From Peptococcaceae bacterium (lineage in GTDB: Bacteria; Bacillota; Desulfotomaculia; Desulfotomaculales; Desulfocucumaceae), in contig JAILZP010000011.1 of the NCBI GenBank assembly GCA_023512435.1, positions 31,630 to 55,629 of the forward strand: a stretch of DNA of 24,000 nt, read 5' to 3'. The notes under the pieces were generated by a model. The model did not search any database. It saw only the letters and a list, made by a program, of their open reading frames with translations, and was not told where the DNA came from. This document shows positions 9,089 to 17,476 of the stretch, in pieces. Position numbers and translations under genes: made by a program. Numbering within the stretch: position 1 is the stretch's first letter; each line of letters begins with the position of its first letter.

Positions 9089-9611
9089 ATTTTCCCATTT
9101 CCTCCCTTATCCACTTTGAAATCTCTTCCGGTTTGGGTACTTTACCTGTGGATTTAATCTTACCGTTTATAATCAGCCCCGGGGTCATCATCACACCCAG
9201 TTCCACGATTTTGCGCGGGTTTTCCACCTTTTCCACCGAAGCCTCCACTCCCATTTCTTCCAGGACCCTAAGCACTGCGCTCTCCAGGGTCTTGCAGTTT
9301 TTGCATCCCGGTCCCAAAACCTTGATCTCCATTCTTCTTTCCGACCCCCCAACACTTTCTTTTTTTATTTCCGAAATGTGCTTTTTATATTCCGCCAACA
9401 GGGCCTCGCCGTATTTATCCCTGGCGGAATCAGGGAAATAATTCCGCCTTCTGAACCTCGACAACAGTTCGGAGATGCGCCGGTCTTCAGTCAGGGGCTC
9501 CAGATCCGCAACCTCACGGATTACTTCGTCAAGCCCGAAGACCCCTATGTTATTGCCCCCGACACTGAACATTTTCGGTCTCGGTGAACGCGGCTCGCAG
9601 CAGCCGCCCAT
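9087..9611 (-). CDS. Small N-terminal CC-motif domain fused to an MTH895/redox-active-disulfide-2 type thioredoxin
   Basis: Start trimmed to MGGCCEPRSPRPK at 9611 (track ORF starts 9701); C-terminal half RMEIKVLGPGCKNCKTLESAV...VMMTPGLIINGKIKSTGKVP. Confidence 0.8.
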   Translation of the reverse strand: MGGCCEPRSPRPKMFSVGGNNIGVFGLDEVIREVADLEPLTEDRRISELLSRFRRRNYFPDSARDKYGEALLAEYKKHISEIKKESVGGSERRMEIKVLGPGCKNCKTLESAVLRVLEEMGVEASVEKVENPRKIVELGVMMTPGLIINGKIKSTGKVPKPEEISKWIREEMGK

Positions 9612-9645
9612 GATCCTCACGCCCCTTTCCAACTGATTTACCGAA

Positions 9646-9834
9646 TCAGGTATTCGTCCACAAAAACCACAGCCCCAGGACGATAAGCACCATCCCGCCA
9701 ATCTTTTGCAAAACCTCGCTCCAGTTTCCTATGACCTGAATGTTCTTTAAAAGCCCGGTGAAAGTCCCCGCCAGGAGCAGGGGAATGCTCCTGCCAATAG
9801 AGTACAGGAACAACAGCAAGAACCCGTAAATATT
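9646..9834 (-). pseudogene. C-terminal remnant of a CcdA-type cytochrome c biogenesis/thiol-disulfide transmembrane protein
   Basis: Minus frame NIYGFLLLFLYSIGRSIPLLLAGTFTGLLKNIQVIGNWSEVLQKIGGMVLIVLGLWFLWTNT*, preceded by an in-frame TAG; absent from the ORF track. Confidence 0.68.
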
Positions 9835-10215
9835 CTATGCAGGTTGCGAATCTGATTTTTGACCTGTTTTACAATTTATTATGCAACTGTCGTTTTCCAG
9901 CTTTTCCAATCTCGCACTCTCCTCTTTGAATTCCGGCAGCTGCCCGATGTCCACCCTGAGAAACTCCAGGAAATCGTTTAACGTTCTCTCCGTAATGTCC
10001 CCGTTTAACATATAGAAAGTTTTTTGAGCTTCCTTGGCTTCCCTGAGGATGGTGGCCTCCTTTAATACTTTGAGATGCTGCGAGATCCTGGGCTGGCTTA
10101 TTCCCAGCACCGACTCCAGTTCACAGACGTACATCGGCCTTACGGCCAGCAGCCTCAGTATTCTGAGGCGGGTCGGCTCACCCAGGGCCTTAAATATCTT
10201 GACAAACAGTTCCAT
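9835..10215 (-). CDS. arsR: ArsR-family transcriptional regulator
   Basis: FKALGEPTRLRILRLLAVRPMYVCELESVLGISQPRISQHLKVLKEA; C-terminal CIINCK. Confidence 0.92.
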   Translation of the reverse strand: MELFVKIFKALGEPTRLRILRLLAVRPMYVCELESVLGISQPRISQHLKVLKEATILREAKEAQKTFYMLNGDITERTLNDFLEFLRVDIGQLPEFKEESARLEKLENDSCIINCKTGQKSDSQPA

Positions 10216-10284
10216 ACCGCACCCCCATAAATAACTGCTTATATAATAATATTATCCATATGCACGTGTCAAATGCTTTTCCGG

Positions 10285-11265
10285 TTATTGCATAGCTTTT
10301 TCTCTCCGGAAAACACTTGGTGACCAGCGAAGTATCCAGGCCATTACCGGCATCTGGATGAGCGGATTGACGGCCAGCATAACCACCGTCAGGGGTGAAA
10401 AGAATTGGGAGGCCAGGCCGATGGCCAGCGAAATGTTTTTTCCGGTAACGCTGTATATCAGCGCTATTTCATCCTTCGCCGGTAATTTTGCCCTGCGGGC
10501 CAGCCAGACGGAAACGGCGAACTGCAAGATGTAAAAAACCAGGATCGCCGGGACGATTATGAATATGCTGTGCCAGATGGAGACAATCCTCGGGGCGCCC
10601 AGGGCCATCGAGATAAAGACAATCCCGAACATGCCCAGCATGGACAAAGGGGGCAATACCGGCCTGACGTTCATGAAGCCCTGTTCGCCCTTGGCTTTGA
10701 TGATCAGCCTCCTGGTTATGTCACCGGCAATCATGGGAATGAGGATTACCAGGATAGTCCCCTTGAACATGGCCAGGGCGTCAATTGAAATGAGGGAGTG
10801 GGCCAAGATCAGCATGCTCACCGGAATGGTCAGGATGCTCAGGGTAAGCGACAGGGCTACGATAACCAGGGCCAAGGCCACATTCCCCTTGGCAAACCCG
10901 GTCCACCCCGCCACCATGCCGGCGCAGGGGGTGACGCTCAAAAGAAGTAAAGCAGCAGCGAAGTCCGGGTGTCCCCGGAAGGCAGCCAGCGCCACCAGGA
11001 AGCCCATCAGCGGCGAGATGACAAAATTGAGCAACAACGACAGGGAGATGGGCCGCAGGTTTTTGGCCGCCTTGACCGTCTCCTCCACCCTGATGCCCAC
11101 CATCATGGGGAAGATCATCAAAAAAAGGGTAAAGTTTATATACTCCTTCAACCCCTTTGAAAATTCCGGGGCAAACCACCCCACGGCGGCTCCGGACAAA
11201 ATTGACAGCGCAATCAGGTAGATCATGTTTTTATCAAAAAACTTGGCTATCCCCTGCAGATTCAC
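10285..11265 (-). CDS. Bile acid:sodium symporter/arsenic resistance-type (SBASS/ACR3-like) transporter
   Basis: 326 aa multi-TM; TPCAGMVAGWTGFAKGNVALAL and SVTGKNISLAIGLASQFF. Confidence 0.8.
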   Translation of the reverse strand: MNLQGIAKFFDKNMIYLIALSILSGAAVGWFAPEFSKGLKEYINFTLFLMIFPMMVGIRVEETVKAAKNLRPISLSLLLNFVISPLMGFLVALAAFRGHPDFAAALLLLSVTPCAGMVAGWTGFAKGNVALALVIVALSLTLSILTIPVSMLILAHSLISIDALAMFKGTILVILIPMIAGDITRRLIIKAKGEQGFMNVRPVLPPLSMLGMFGIVFISMALGAPRIVSIWHSIFIIVPAILVFYILQFAVSVWLARRAKLPAKDEIALIYSVTGKNISLAIGLASQFFSPLTVVMLAVNPLIQMPVMAWILRWSPSVFRREKAMQ

Positions 11266-11336
11266 TCCCTCAACCTCCTGCGCGGTTTTTCATTAAGATA
11301 ACAACTTTACCGGCTGATTATCCTTAACAACCCGGC

Positions 11337-12389
11337 TTAACCTGCAATATATCCGAAGAACATGCCGGTGATGGTGGACAGGGCAACCACCAGCAGGACA
11401 TAGACCGATGTCTTCTTCACCCCCATCACCCGGCCGATGACAATCATATTGGGCAGGCTTAAGGAGGGTCCGGCCAACAGCAGCGCCAATGCCGGTCCCT
11501 TGCCCATGCCCATGTCCAGTAATGCCTTCACAATGGGCACTTCAGTCAGGGTGGAGAAGTACATCAGGGCGCCAAAAACCGATGCCACGGCGTTGGACGC
11601 AAGGCTGTTTCCGCCCACCGCGGCTTCCACCCATTGCTGCGGGATGACCGCCTTAAGCATCCCGGCCACAAATACACCGATCAATAACACCGGGAAAATC
11701 ATTTTTACAAACTTCCAGGTCTCCCTCAGCCAGTCCACGACCTCATCCTTGCTGTACCAGAAAGCCAGAACCAGAACCATTGAATTTAACAGAGTAATCA
11801 GGATGGCAATCTTGGACCACAGGGGAATACCGGCGGTCCCGAAGAGGAGTATGGCCACCAGCACTCCGAAGAAGGCCAGCAACTGGATCACCGGCTTGCC
11901 TTCCCCGCCGGCGAACATGCTCTCGTCTTCTTCCTTGAATTTTTCCTCTTTCCTGAAGATAAGCGCCATCAACAGGCCTATTATTATGGAAAAGCTAATG
12001 GCCCCCACGGCCCGGGCCAGGCCAAGCTCCCAGCCCATTTTGCGGGCGGTGAGCACTATGGCCAGTATGTTGATGGCCGGGCCGGAAAACAGGAAAGTGA
12101 CCGCCGGACCAAGGCCGGCGCCTTTTTTATGAATACCGGCAAACAGGGGCAATATAGTACATGAACACACCGCCAGGATGGCCCCTGAAACCGAAGCAAC
12201 GCCATAGGCCGTGGTTTTTTTGGCCCTGGGGCCGAAATATTTGATCACGGCCCCGGTGGAAACCACCGCCGCTATCCCGCCGGCGATGAAAAAGGCGGGC
12301 ACCAGGCACGTCAGCACGTGGGCCGACAAATACTCCAGAAGTTCATTCACACCGCTCATCAAGATGTTTGTAATGATCATTGTTTCCAA
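11337..12389 (-). CDS. COG0701/DUF318-type permease
   Basis: 350 aa; SVSGAILAVCSCTILPLFAGIHKKGAGLGPAVTFLFSGPAINILA; C-terminal ALLLAGPSLSLPNMIVI. Confidence 0.88.
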   Translation of the reverse strand: METMIITNILMSGVNELLEYLSAHVLTCLVPAFFIAGGIAAVVSTGAVIKYFGPRAKKTTAYGVASVSGAILAVCSCTILPLFAGIHKKGAGLGPAVTFLFSGPAINILAIVLTARKMGWELGLARAVGAISFSIIIGLLMALIFRKEEKFKEEDESMFAGGEGKPVIQLLAFFGVLVAILLFGTAGIPLWSKIAILITLLNSMVLVLAFWYSKDEVVDWLRETWKFVKMIFPVLLIGVFVAGMLKAVIPQQWVEAAVGGNSLASNAVASVFGALMYFSTLTEVPIVKALLDMGMGKGPALALLLAGPSLSLPNMIVIGRVMGVKKTSVYVLLVVALSTITGMFFGYIAG

Positions 12390-12524
12390 CCTCCGATAAT
12401 ATATTAGATATTTATTATATAATAATACCGTTATATATAAATATCAACCCTCATTTTTTGAAGCCAAAAAATTGCCACCGGATTTTTTAATCCGGCGGCA
12501 GAAGATAATTATACTCCCACAAGT

Positions 12525-12899
12525 CTACCTTCCCAGCTGCCTGCGGATATCGGAACATACCATATTTATATCTTCCGGCAGCAGGTTGAAGTCGTGATTT
12601 TTCTTAATTCCCAGATCTGTGGCAACCACATGGTCGGTCACGTTGAAACCGGCGTGTTCCAGCGTCTTTTTGGCGCAGCAGGCCTGGCAGCCGTCTATGG
12701 CCACAATGCGCCTGGCCGCTTTGGCCGACTCAATAAAGCTGTCCAGATGCCCGCCGATTCCGGCCAGGCAGTACAGCTTGCCCACCCCGGCCCTGGTCAG
12801 ATCCACCCCGGCCTGGTTCGCTATCTGCCCGACGTTGGATCCTCCGGAGCAGGGAAAAATCAAAATTTCAGTGGCTTCGCAGGTGCATGTATTAGACAT
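12525..12899 (-). CDS. Putative zinc-binding DGC-domain protein
   Basis: 124 aa; IFPCSGGSNVGQIANQA.., VAIDGCQACCAKKTLEHAG. Confidence 0.82.
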   Translation of the reverse strand: MSNTCTCEATEILIFPCSGGSNVGQIANQAGVDLTRAGVGKLYCLAGIGGHLDSFIESAKAARRIVAIDGCQACCAKKTLEHAGFNVTDHVVATDLGIKKNHDFNLLPEDINMVCSDIRRQLGR

Positions 12900-12933
12900 T
12901 TAACTTCTCCTTTCCGTTAATTGATTATCTATT

Positions 12934-13176
12934 TTATTTCATTTCTTCTTTGATCCATCTGGCTATGTCCTTGCGGGAGGGAACCCGCCCGAAAACCTTG
13001 ACCTTGCCGTTAATCACCAGTCCCGGGGTCATCAGGATGCTGTACTGCATTATTTTTTCCATGTCCTCCACTTTTTCCACGTCGGCATCAACTCCGATTT
13101 CCTCCAGTGTTTTTCTTACCTCCCTCTCCAGCTCGTGACATTTCTTGCATCCGGGTCCGAGCACCTTGATTTCCAC
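12934..13176 (-). CDS. Thioredoxin-family protein (MTH895/redox-active disulfide protein 2)
   Basis: MEIKVLGPGCKKCHELEREV...ILMTPGLVINGKVKVFGRVPS. Confidence 0.9.
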   Translation of the reverse strand: MEIKVLGPGCKKCHELEREVRKTLEEIGVDADVEKVEDMEKIMQYSILMTPGLVINGKVKVFGRVPSRKDIARWIKEEMK

Positions 13177-13214
13177 ACCTCATCACTCCTCCAGTTTAGC
13201 AAATTAGTATATGT

Positions 13215-13760
13215 TTAAGATATTTCATATCCGAGGGCGGCCACTATCTCCAGCATGGGATCCTTCAGGTCCCGGTATTCGTCCCTGAACAGCGGCAGGC
13301 AGTTCTTAATCTGCTGTTCTCCCAGCAGGAGTTTGGTGGCGAAGGCCAGGCAGGTCATCTCACCGCAGTCCCTGCAATTGGTCTTTGGAAGCCAGCCGTA
13401 AATCTCCAGGGGTTTGGGGCGTGATTTAAGCTCATAACTGGGAACAATCTTTTCCCTGCGGTCCCAGGTGTCGTTGATCAGGTCCTTTAACCAGTCCAGC
13501 ACCTGGTAGGCGTCTGTGGCGTTCACCGCCTTGGCCATTGTTACGCGGTCCGGGTATAGCGTTATCAGGCGAACGTCTTTGGTGAACGTAAGGTTTTGCG
13601 CGTGCCTGTTGTAGGTGGCGTTTTTGATTACCGTATTCAGGTACGGCATAACCCCGCTGATGTCGTTTGACAATTCCGCCTTGACCCTGACTTTGTTGGC
13701 AACCACAATGCATGGTTCGATAAAAACTATATCAATCCTCTCCAGAAGCAAATCAATCAC
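13215..13760 (-). CDS. Fe-S cluster (acetyl-CoA decarbonylase gamma N-terminal-like) domain protein
   Basis: C-terminal IYGWLPKTNCRDCGEMTCLAFATKLLLGEQQIKNC (CxxCxxxxC...C pattern). Confidence 0.78.
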   Translation of the reverse strand: MIDLLLERIDIVFIEPCIVVANKVRVKAELSNDISGVMPYLNTVIKNATYNRHAQNLTFTKDVRLITLYPDRVTMAKAVNATDAYQVLDWLKDLINDTWDRREKIVPSYELKSRPKPLEIYGWLPKTNCRDCGEMTCLAFATKLLLGEQQIKNCLPLFRDEYRDLKDPMLEIVAALGYEIS

Positions 13761-13769
13761 CGCCTTTAC

Positions 13770-14915
13770 CTATTTGCCCGCCAGTTCTTCCAGGGCTTTG
13801 GCCAGATAGTCTATCTCCCCGGCGGTGTTGAAGTAACCCAAACCCACCCTTACGGTACCGCGGTCAATAGTGCCTATGGTGCGGTGGGCGCAGGGGGCGC
13901 AGTGCAGCCCGGCCCTGACCATTATCCCGTATTCCATGTCCAGCCTGTGAGCCAGGTCCTCGGGCCTGTACCGCCCCAGGTTGAAAGAAAGCACTCCCAC
14001 TGTCCGATCGGGTTCAAGTGGGCCGTACAGTGTCATCCCCGGTATTCTTTCCAGTCTTTCGACGGTGTACCGCTTCAGTTCCATTTCGTGCCGCCTGATC
14101 CTGTCAATACCCTCGTTCAAAATAAATCTCACCGCCTCCCCCAGCCCGGCCAGCCCGGCCACGTTTGGAGTACCCGGTTCGTAGCGGTCGGGCAGATCGT
14201 CGGGCATCCTTTCCAGAATTGAATGTCCGCCGGTACCCCCTTCTTTTAAAGGTCTCGGGGAAAATCCCTCTCTTATGTAAAGCCCTCCTGTGCCCTGCGG
14301 GCCCAGCAGGCCCTTGTGGCCGGTAAAAGCCAGCAAATCCACGTTCATTGACTGAACATCAATGGGGTAAACTCCGGCCGTTTGCGCGGCGTCAACCAGA
14401 AAACATATTTTCCTCCTGCGGGCTTCCGCTCCTATTATCTCAACCGGCATCAAAGCGCCCGTCACGTTGGAGGCGTGAGTCATGACAATCATTTTCGTAT
14501 CGGGACGCAAGGATTCGACCACTCTGCCGGGGTCAAGGCGGCCCTCCGGAGAACAGGAAACGGCCGTTATCCGGATGCGTTCCCGGCTTTCCATCACCTT
14601 CAGGCAGCGCCAGACCGCATTGTGCTCCATGGAGGTGGTAACCACGTGGTCCCCCGGGCCGATCAGCCCTTTCACGGCCAGATTTATAGACTCGGTCACA
14701 TTGGCTGTAAAGATTATTCTCCCGGCGTCAGCGACGTTAAACAACTTCGCGAGGTATTTACGGACGTCAAAAATTATCCTGTCAGCCTCCAGTGCCCGGC
14801 GGTACGCGCCGCGTCCCGAGCTGACCCCGACTTTCCGCATAAAATCATATACCGCCCGGTAAACCTTTTCCGGCTTTGGCCATGACGTGGCCGCGTTGTC
14901 GAGATATACCTCCAA
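13770..14915 (-). CDS. Cysteine desulfurase-family / class V aminotransferase (EF2568/TIGR01977-like)
   Basis: MEVYLDNAATSWPKPEKVYRAV, FTGHKGLLGPQGTGGLYI, RAGLHCAPCAHRTIGT. Confidence 0.9.
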   Translation of the reverse strand: MEVYLDNAATSWPKPEKVYRAVYDFMRKVGVSSGRGAYRRALEADRIIFDVRKYLAKLFNVADAGRIIFTANVTESINLAVKGLIGPGDHVVTTSMEHNAVWRCLKVMESRERIRITAVSCSPEGRLDPGRVVESLRPDTKMIVMTHASNVTGALMPVEIIGAEARRRKICFLVDAAQTAGVYPIDVQSMNVDLLAFTGHKGLLGPQGTGGLYIREGFSPRPLKEGGTGGHSILERMPDDLPDRYEPGTPNVAGLAGLGEAVRFILNEGIDRIRRHEMELKRYTVERLERIPGMTLYGPLEPDRTVGVLSFNLGRYRPEDLAHRLDMEYGIMVRAGLHCAPCAHRTIGTIDRGTVRVGLGYFNTAGEIDYLAKALEELAGK

Positions 14916-15162
14916 AGCAATCCCTCATTAAATTAATCATTGAAGCATGGTTATATCATTATATGCTTATTATTTCATGTTATCACAATAACTTCAAAAT
15001 GACAATAACTGTTTTCTTTGCCTTTCCGGCCAGGGGCTGAGTATGCCATAGGCGGAATCACTGCCCATTTTCTATACCGCCGCCGGAGAACATTTGCCAC
15101 GGACGCCGCCCCGGTAACCGAAGGCGGCATGGATGCTGCTGTCGCAGAAGGCACTGCCGGTA

Positions 15163-15242
15163 ATCCCCTGTCATGCATCAGGCCCATGATTGATCACCTG
15201 CCCGAAAATTACAAACAGGCCATCATTAGAGGTGAACAATAA
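15163..15242 (+). pseudogene. Possible remnant of an ECF (SigZ-like) sigma factor
   Basis: End of track ORF 15018..15242 reads LSCIRPMIDHLPENYKQAIIRGEQ*, resembling the ECF/SigZ stretch xxLRPMIxxLPExYRQAIxLTE, then truncated. Confidence 0.35.
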
Positions 15243-15268
15243 AAATCAGCCGGCAGAGTCATTTGATT

Positions 15269-15293
15269 TTCCTGTCCATCAGGAATTTTTTTT
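15269..15293 (+). terminator. Rho-independent terminator
   Basis: TTCCTG-TCCAT-CAGGAA followed by T8. Confidence 0.7.
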
Positions 15294-15382
15294 AACTTCT
15301 TTTCAAAGACACCTGAATATGGTATTTTAACCTATATAGATTTTTAATATATATATGTGTTATACCTATAGAGGTGGTAAAT

Positions 15383-15772
15383 TTGTGTAGAAATTTGGCA
15401 CCAGGTAATGGAAGCGGGGGCTGCCGGTGTCAGGTGGGACCGATGGAACGATTTATGCAGCCGTGCCTGCTCTTGCTTCTTCACGAGCGCACCGCCGCCC
15501 ACGGATACGAGTTGATTCAGCACCTGCAAGAGTTCGGTTTTAACGAGAATGATGCGGATCCCGGCACGGTTTACCGTAATCTGCGCAGGATGGAGGAGGA
15601 AGGAACTGTCACTTCCCATTGGGACACCGGTAAGGCAGGTCCCGCCAGGCGTATATACCAGTTAACTCCGGAAGGTGAAAAAGTACTGCACCAGTGGGCG
15701 GGGCACATAAGCCACAATATCAGGCGCTTGTCAAAATTTATGGAAAAATACAATCATAATTTCCCCAGATAA
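15383..15772 (+). CDS. PadR-family transcriptional regulator with Cys-rich N-terminus
   Basis: Track start is GTG 15374, but GAGGTGG at 15371 fits as an RBS for TTG 15383 (MCRNLAPGNGSGGCRCQVGPMERFMQPCLLLLL..); AAHGYELIQHLQEFG, DPGTVYRNLRRMEEEG. Confidence 0.85.
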   Translation: MCRNLAPGNGSGGCRCQVGPMERFMQPCLLLLLHERTAAHGYELIQHLQEFGFNENDADPGTVYRNLRRMEEEGTVTSHWDTGKAGPARRIYQLTPEGEKVLHQWAGHISHNIRRLSKFMEKYNHNFPR

Positions 15773-15818
15773 TGACTTAACTGTTTTTTCTAATTCTTTT
15801 ACCGGGAGTTGAGCAAGT

Positions 15819-16295
15819 TTGTTCAATGTAATCTTATTTACACTGACTTTAGCCGCACTTATCTATTCATTCATAAAAGACCGGCAGAAGACACGGCAAG
15901 CACTAAAAATTGCCTATAACTCCTTCCGCAATATACTTCCCAGTATGCTTGGCATCATCGGTCTAATCGGGTTAATGCTGGCTTTGGTACCCAAGGAGAC
16001 TATTGAGGGGTTATTTGGTAACAACAGTCCGGCCGGTATATTGATCATTTCTGCTGTGGGCTCGGTGACGCTTATACCCGCCTTTATCGCTTTTCCCCTG
16101 GCGGCTTCACTACTTCAGGCAGGGGCAAGTATAATGGCGGTTTCGATCTTCATTACCACCCTGCTGATGGTCGGGGTACTTACTGCTCCTATGGAGATTC
16201 AATACTTCGGTAAAAAGTTTACCATCCTGCGGAATGTCTTCAGCCTGGCGGCGGCCCTCGGGATAGCTGTTATTATGGGGGTGGCGCTGCAGTGA
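15819..16295 (+). CDS. Permease, N-terminal half-type protein of the COG0701/DUF318 family
   Basis: 158 aa multi-TM; SVTLIPAFIAFPLAASLLQAGASIMAVSIFITTLLMVG. Confidence 0.75.
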   Translation: MFNVILFTLTLAALIYSFIKDRQKTRQALKIAYNSFRNILPSMLGIIGLIGLMLALVPKETIEGLFGNNSPAGILIISAVGSVTLIPAFIAFPLAASLLQAGASIMAVSIFITTLLMVGVLTAPMEIQYFGKKFTILRNVFSLAAALGIAVIMGVALQ

Positions 16296-16822
16296 AAGAG
16301 CATTTGAAAAAGTACTCTCTTTTTATGTTAATTGTAGTTATTGACTTGATACTCCGCTGGCGGGTGCCCACTGCGGGGAGCACCGCCGTCAGCAGCTCTA
16401 TTGACTACCTTGTGGAAATGCTCCTATTTATCCCCCCTGTCTTTGTCCTGGTGGGGCTTTTGGACGTCTGGGTACCGAGAAAAATTGTGGAAAAGCACGT
16501 CGGCCCTGATTCAGGCGCCAAGGGAGTGGTCATATCAATTCTGGTGGCCACCGCCGCGGCTGGACCGCTTTACGCAGGGTTCCCGGTAGCTGATGCCCTG
16601 CTTAAAAAGGGCTGCCGCCTGGCCAACGCCGTTATCTTTCTTGGAACGTGGGCAACTATAAAGATTCCCATGCTGATGATGGAGATAAAATTCATGGGCC
16701 CGTCCTTTGCCCTTACCCGTCTTATCCTTACAGTACCGGCAGTAATCATTATTGGTTACCTGGTTGAAAAGATTGTTGGAAGCGGGAAAAGACTTAAGCA
16801 AGGTAAAATGAAGCGGTGTTGA
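16292..16822 (+). CDS. Permease, second half-type protein of the COG0701/DUF318 family
   Basis: GTG start overlaps upstream stop (GTGA); GPLYAGFPVADALLKKGCRLANAVIFLGTWATIKIPMLMMEIKFMG. Confidence 0.78.
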   Translation: MKEHLKKYSLFMLIVVIDLILRWRVPTAGSTAVSSSIDYLVEMLLFIPPVFVLVGLLDVWVPRKIVEKHVGPDSGAKGVVISILVATAAAGPLYAGFPVADALLKKGCRLANAVIFLGTWATIKIPMLMMEIKFMGPSFALTRLILTVPAVIIIGYLVEKIVGSGKRLKQGKMKRC

Positions 16823-16883
16823 TAAATAATCTTGAAGGCTATTTCTGGTGTTTTGCGATGATGGCCGCCCCTTTTTTAATATA

Positions 16884-17007
16884 GTTACAGGGTATGAACG
16901 TGAATGCCAAGTTCTTTTGCCACTGCTGACGCCGGACGCTTTTGTTCAAGCACAATACGGATCGCTTCTTCTTTAAAATGCTTGTCAAATCTCTTAATGA
17001 TGAACAC
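16884..17007 (-). pseudogene. IS3-family transposase orfA fragment, frameshifted
   Basis: Minus strand GVFIIKRFDKHFKEEAIRIVLEQKRPASAV (frameshift) KELGIHVHTL*, similar to the IS3 OrfA N-terminal HTH; not contiguous in one frame. Confidence 0.62.
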
Positions 17008-17122
17008 CCCCTGGCTTTATTGTACCAGCCATTCCTCGTGTCCATCAAATCGGGTTATGGTCAATGTCTGCCTGGCCACCATGGAAAATATTGCGTTTCT
17101 TAGATGTCTATGACGGATATCG

Positions 17123-17431
17123 CTATAACAATGCCTTAATTTTTATCTTTCCCTTTTGGGCTAAACGGCTAATAAAGAAAATCACGCTACCCTCGTTAAT
17201 TTTTAACTTTTCGGCAATATCACTGGTCTGGACTTCACCCTTACTTTTAATTAAAGTTAAAATTTCTTTTTCGACCTCTTCCACCCAATCTTCAAATAAG
17301 GCCCGCACTTCCGGCGTCGCGTAGCTTCCCATTTCTGCCGCCTTAGCTACTGATTCAGTCATATATTTGCACATTTCCATGGGGTTCATCCCACCCATCA
17401 TGCCGCCCATCATACCCATTTGTTCTTTCAT
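17123..17431 (-). CDS. Small Met/Gly-rich N-terminus plus winged-helix-like protein
   Basis: MKEQMGMMGGMMGGMNPMEMCKYMTESV... then ILTLIKSKGEVQTSDIAEKLKINEGSVIFFISRLAQKGKI. Confidence 0.7.
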   Translation of the reverse strand: MKEQMGMMGGMMGGMNPMEMCKYMTESVAKAAEMGSYATPEVRALFEDWVEEVEKEILTLIKSKGEVQTSDIAEKLKINEGSVIFFISRLAQKGKIKIKALL

Positions 17432-17476
17432 TGTTATGCCCTCCTTGGTTTATTTCTTAAATCTTTTCGTATTCTT

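Noticed and set aside
10559-11221. + strand 220-aa ORF and 11437..12132 231-aa ORF
   Set aside because: Antisense to well-supported membrane transporters.
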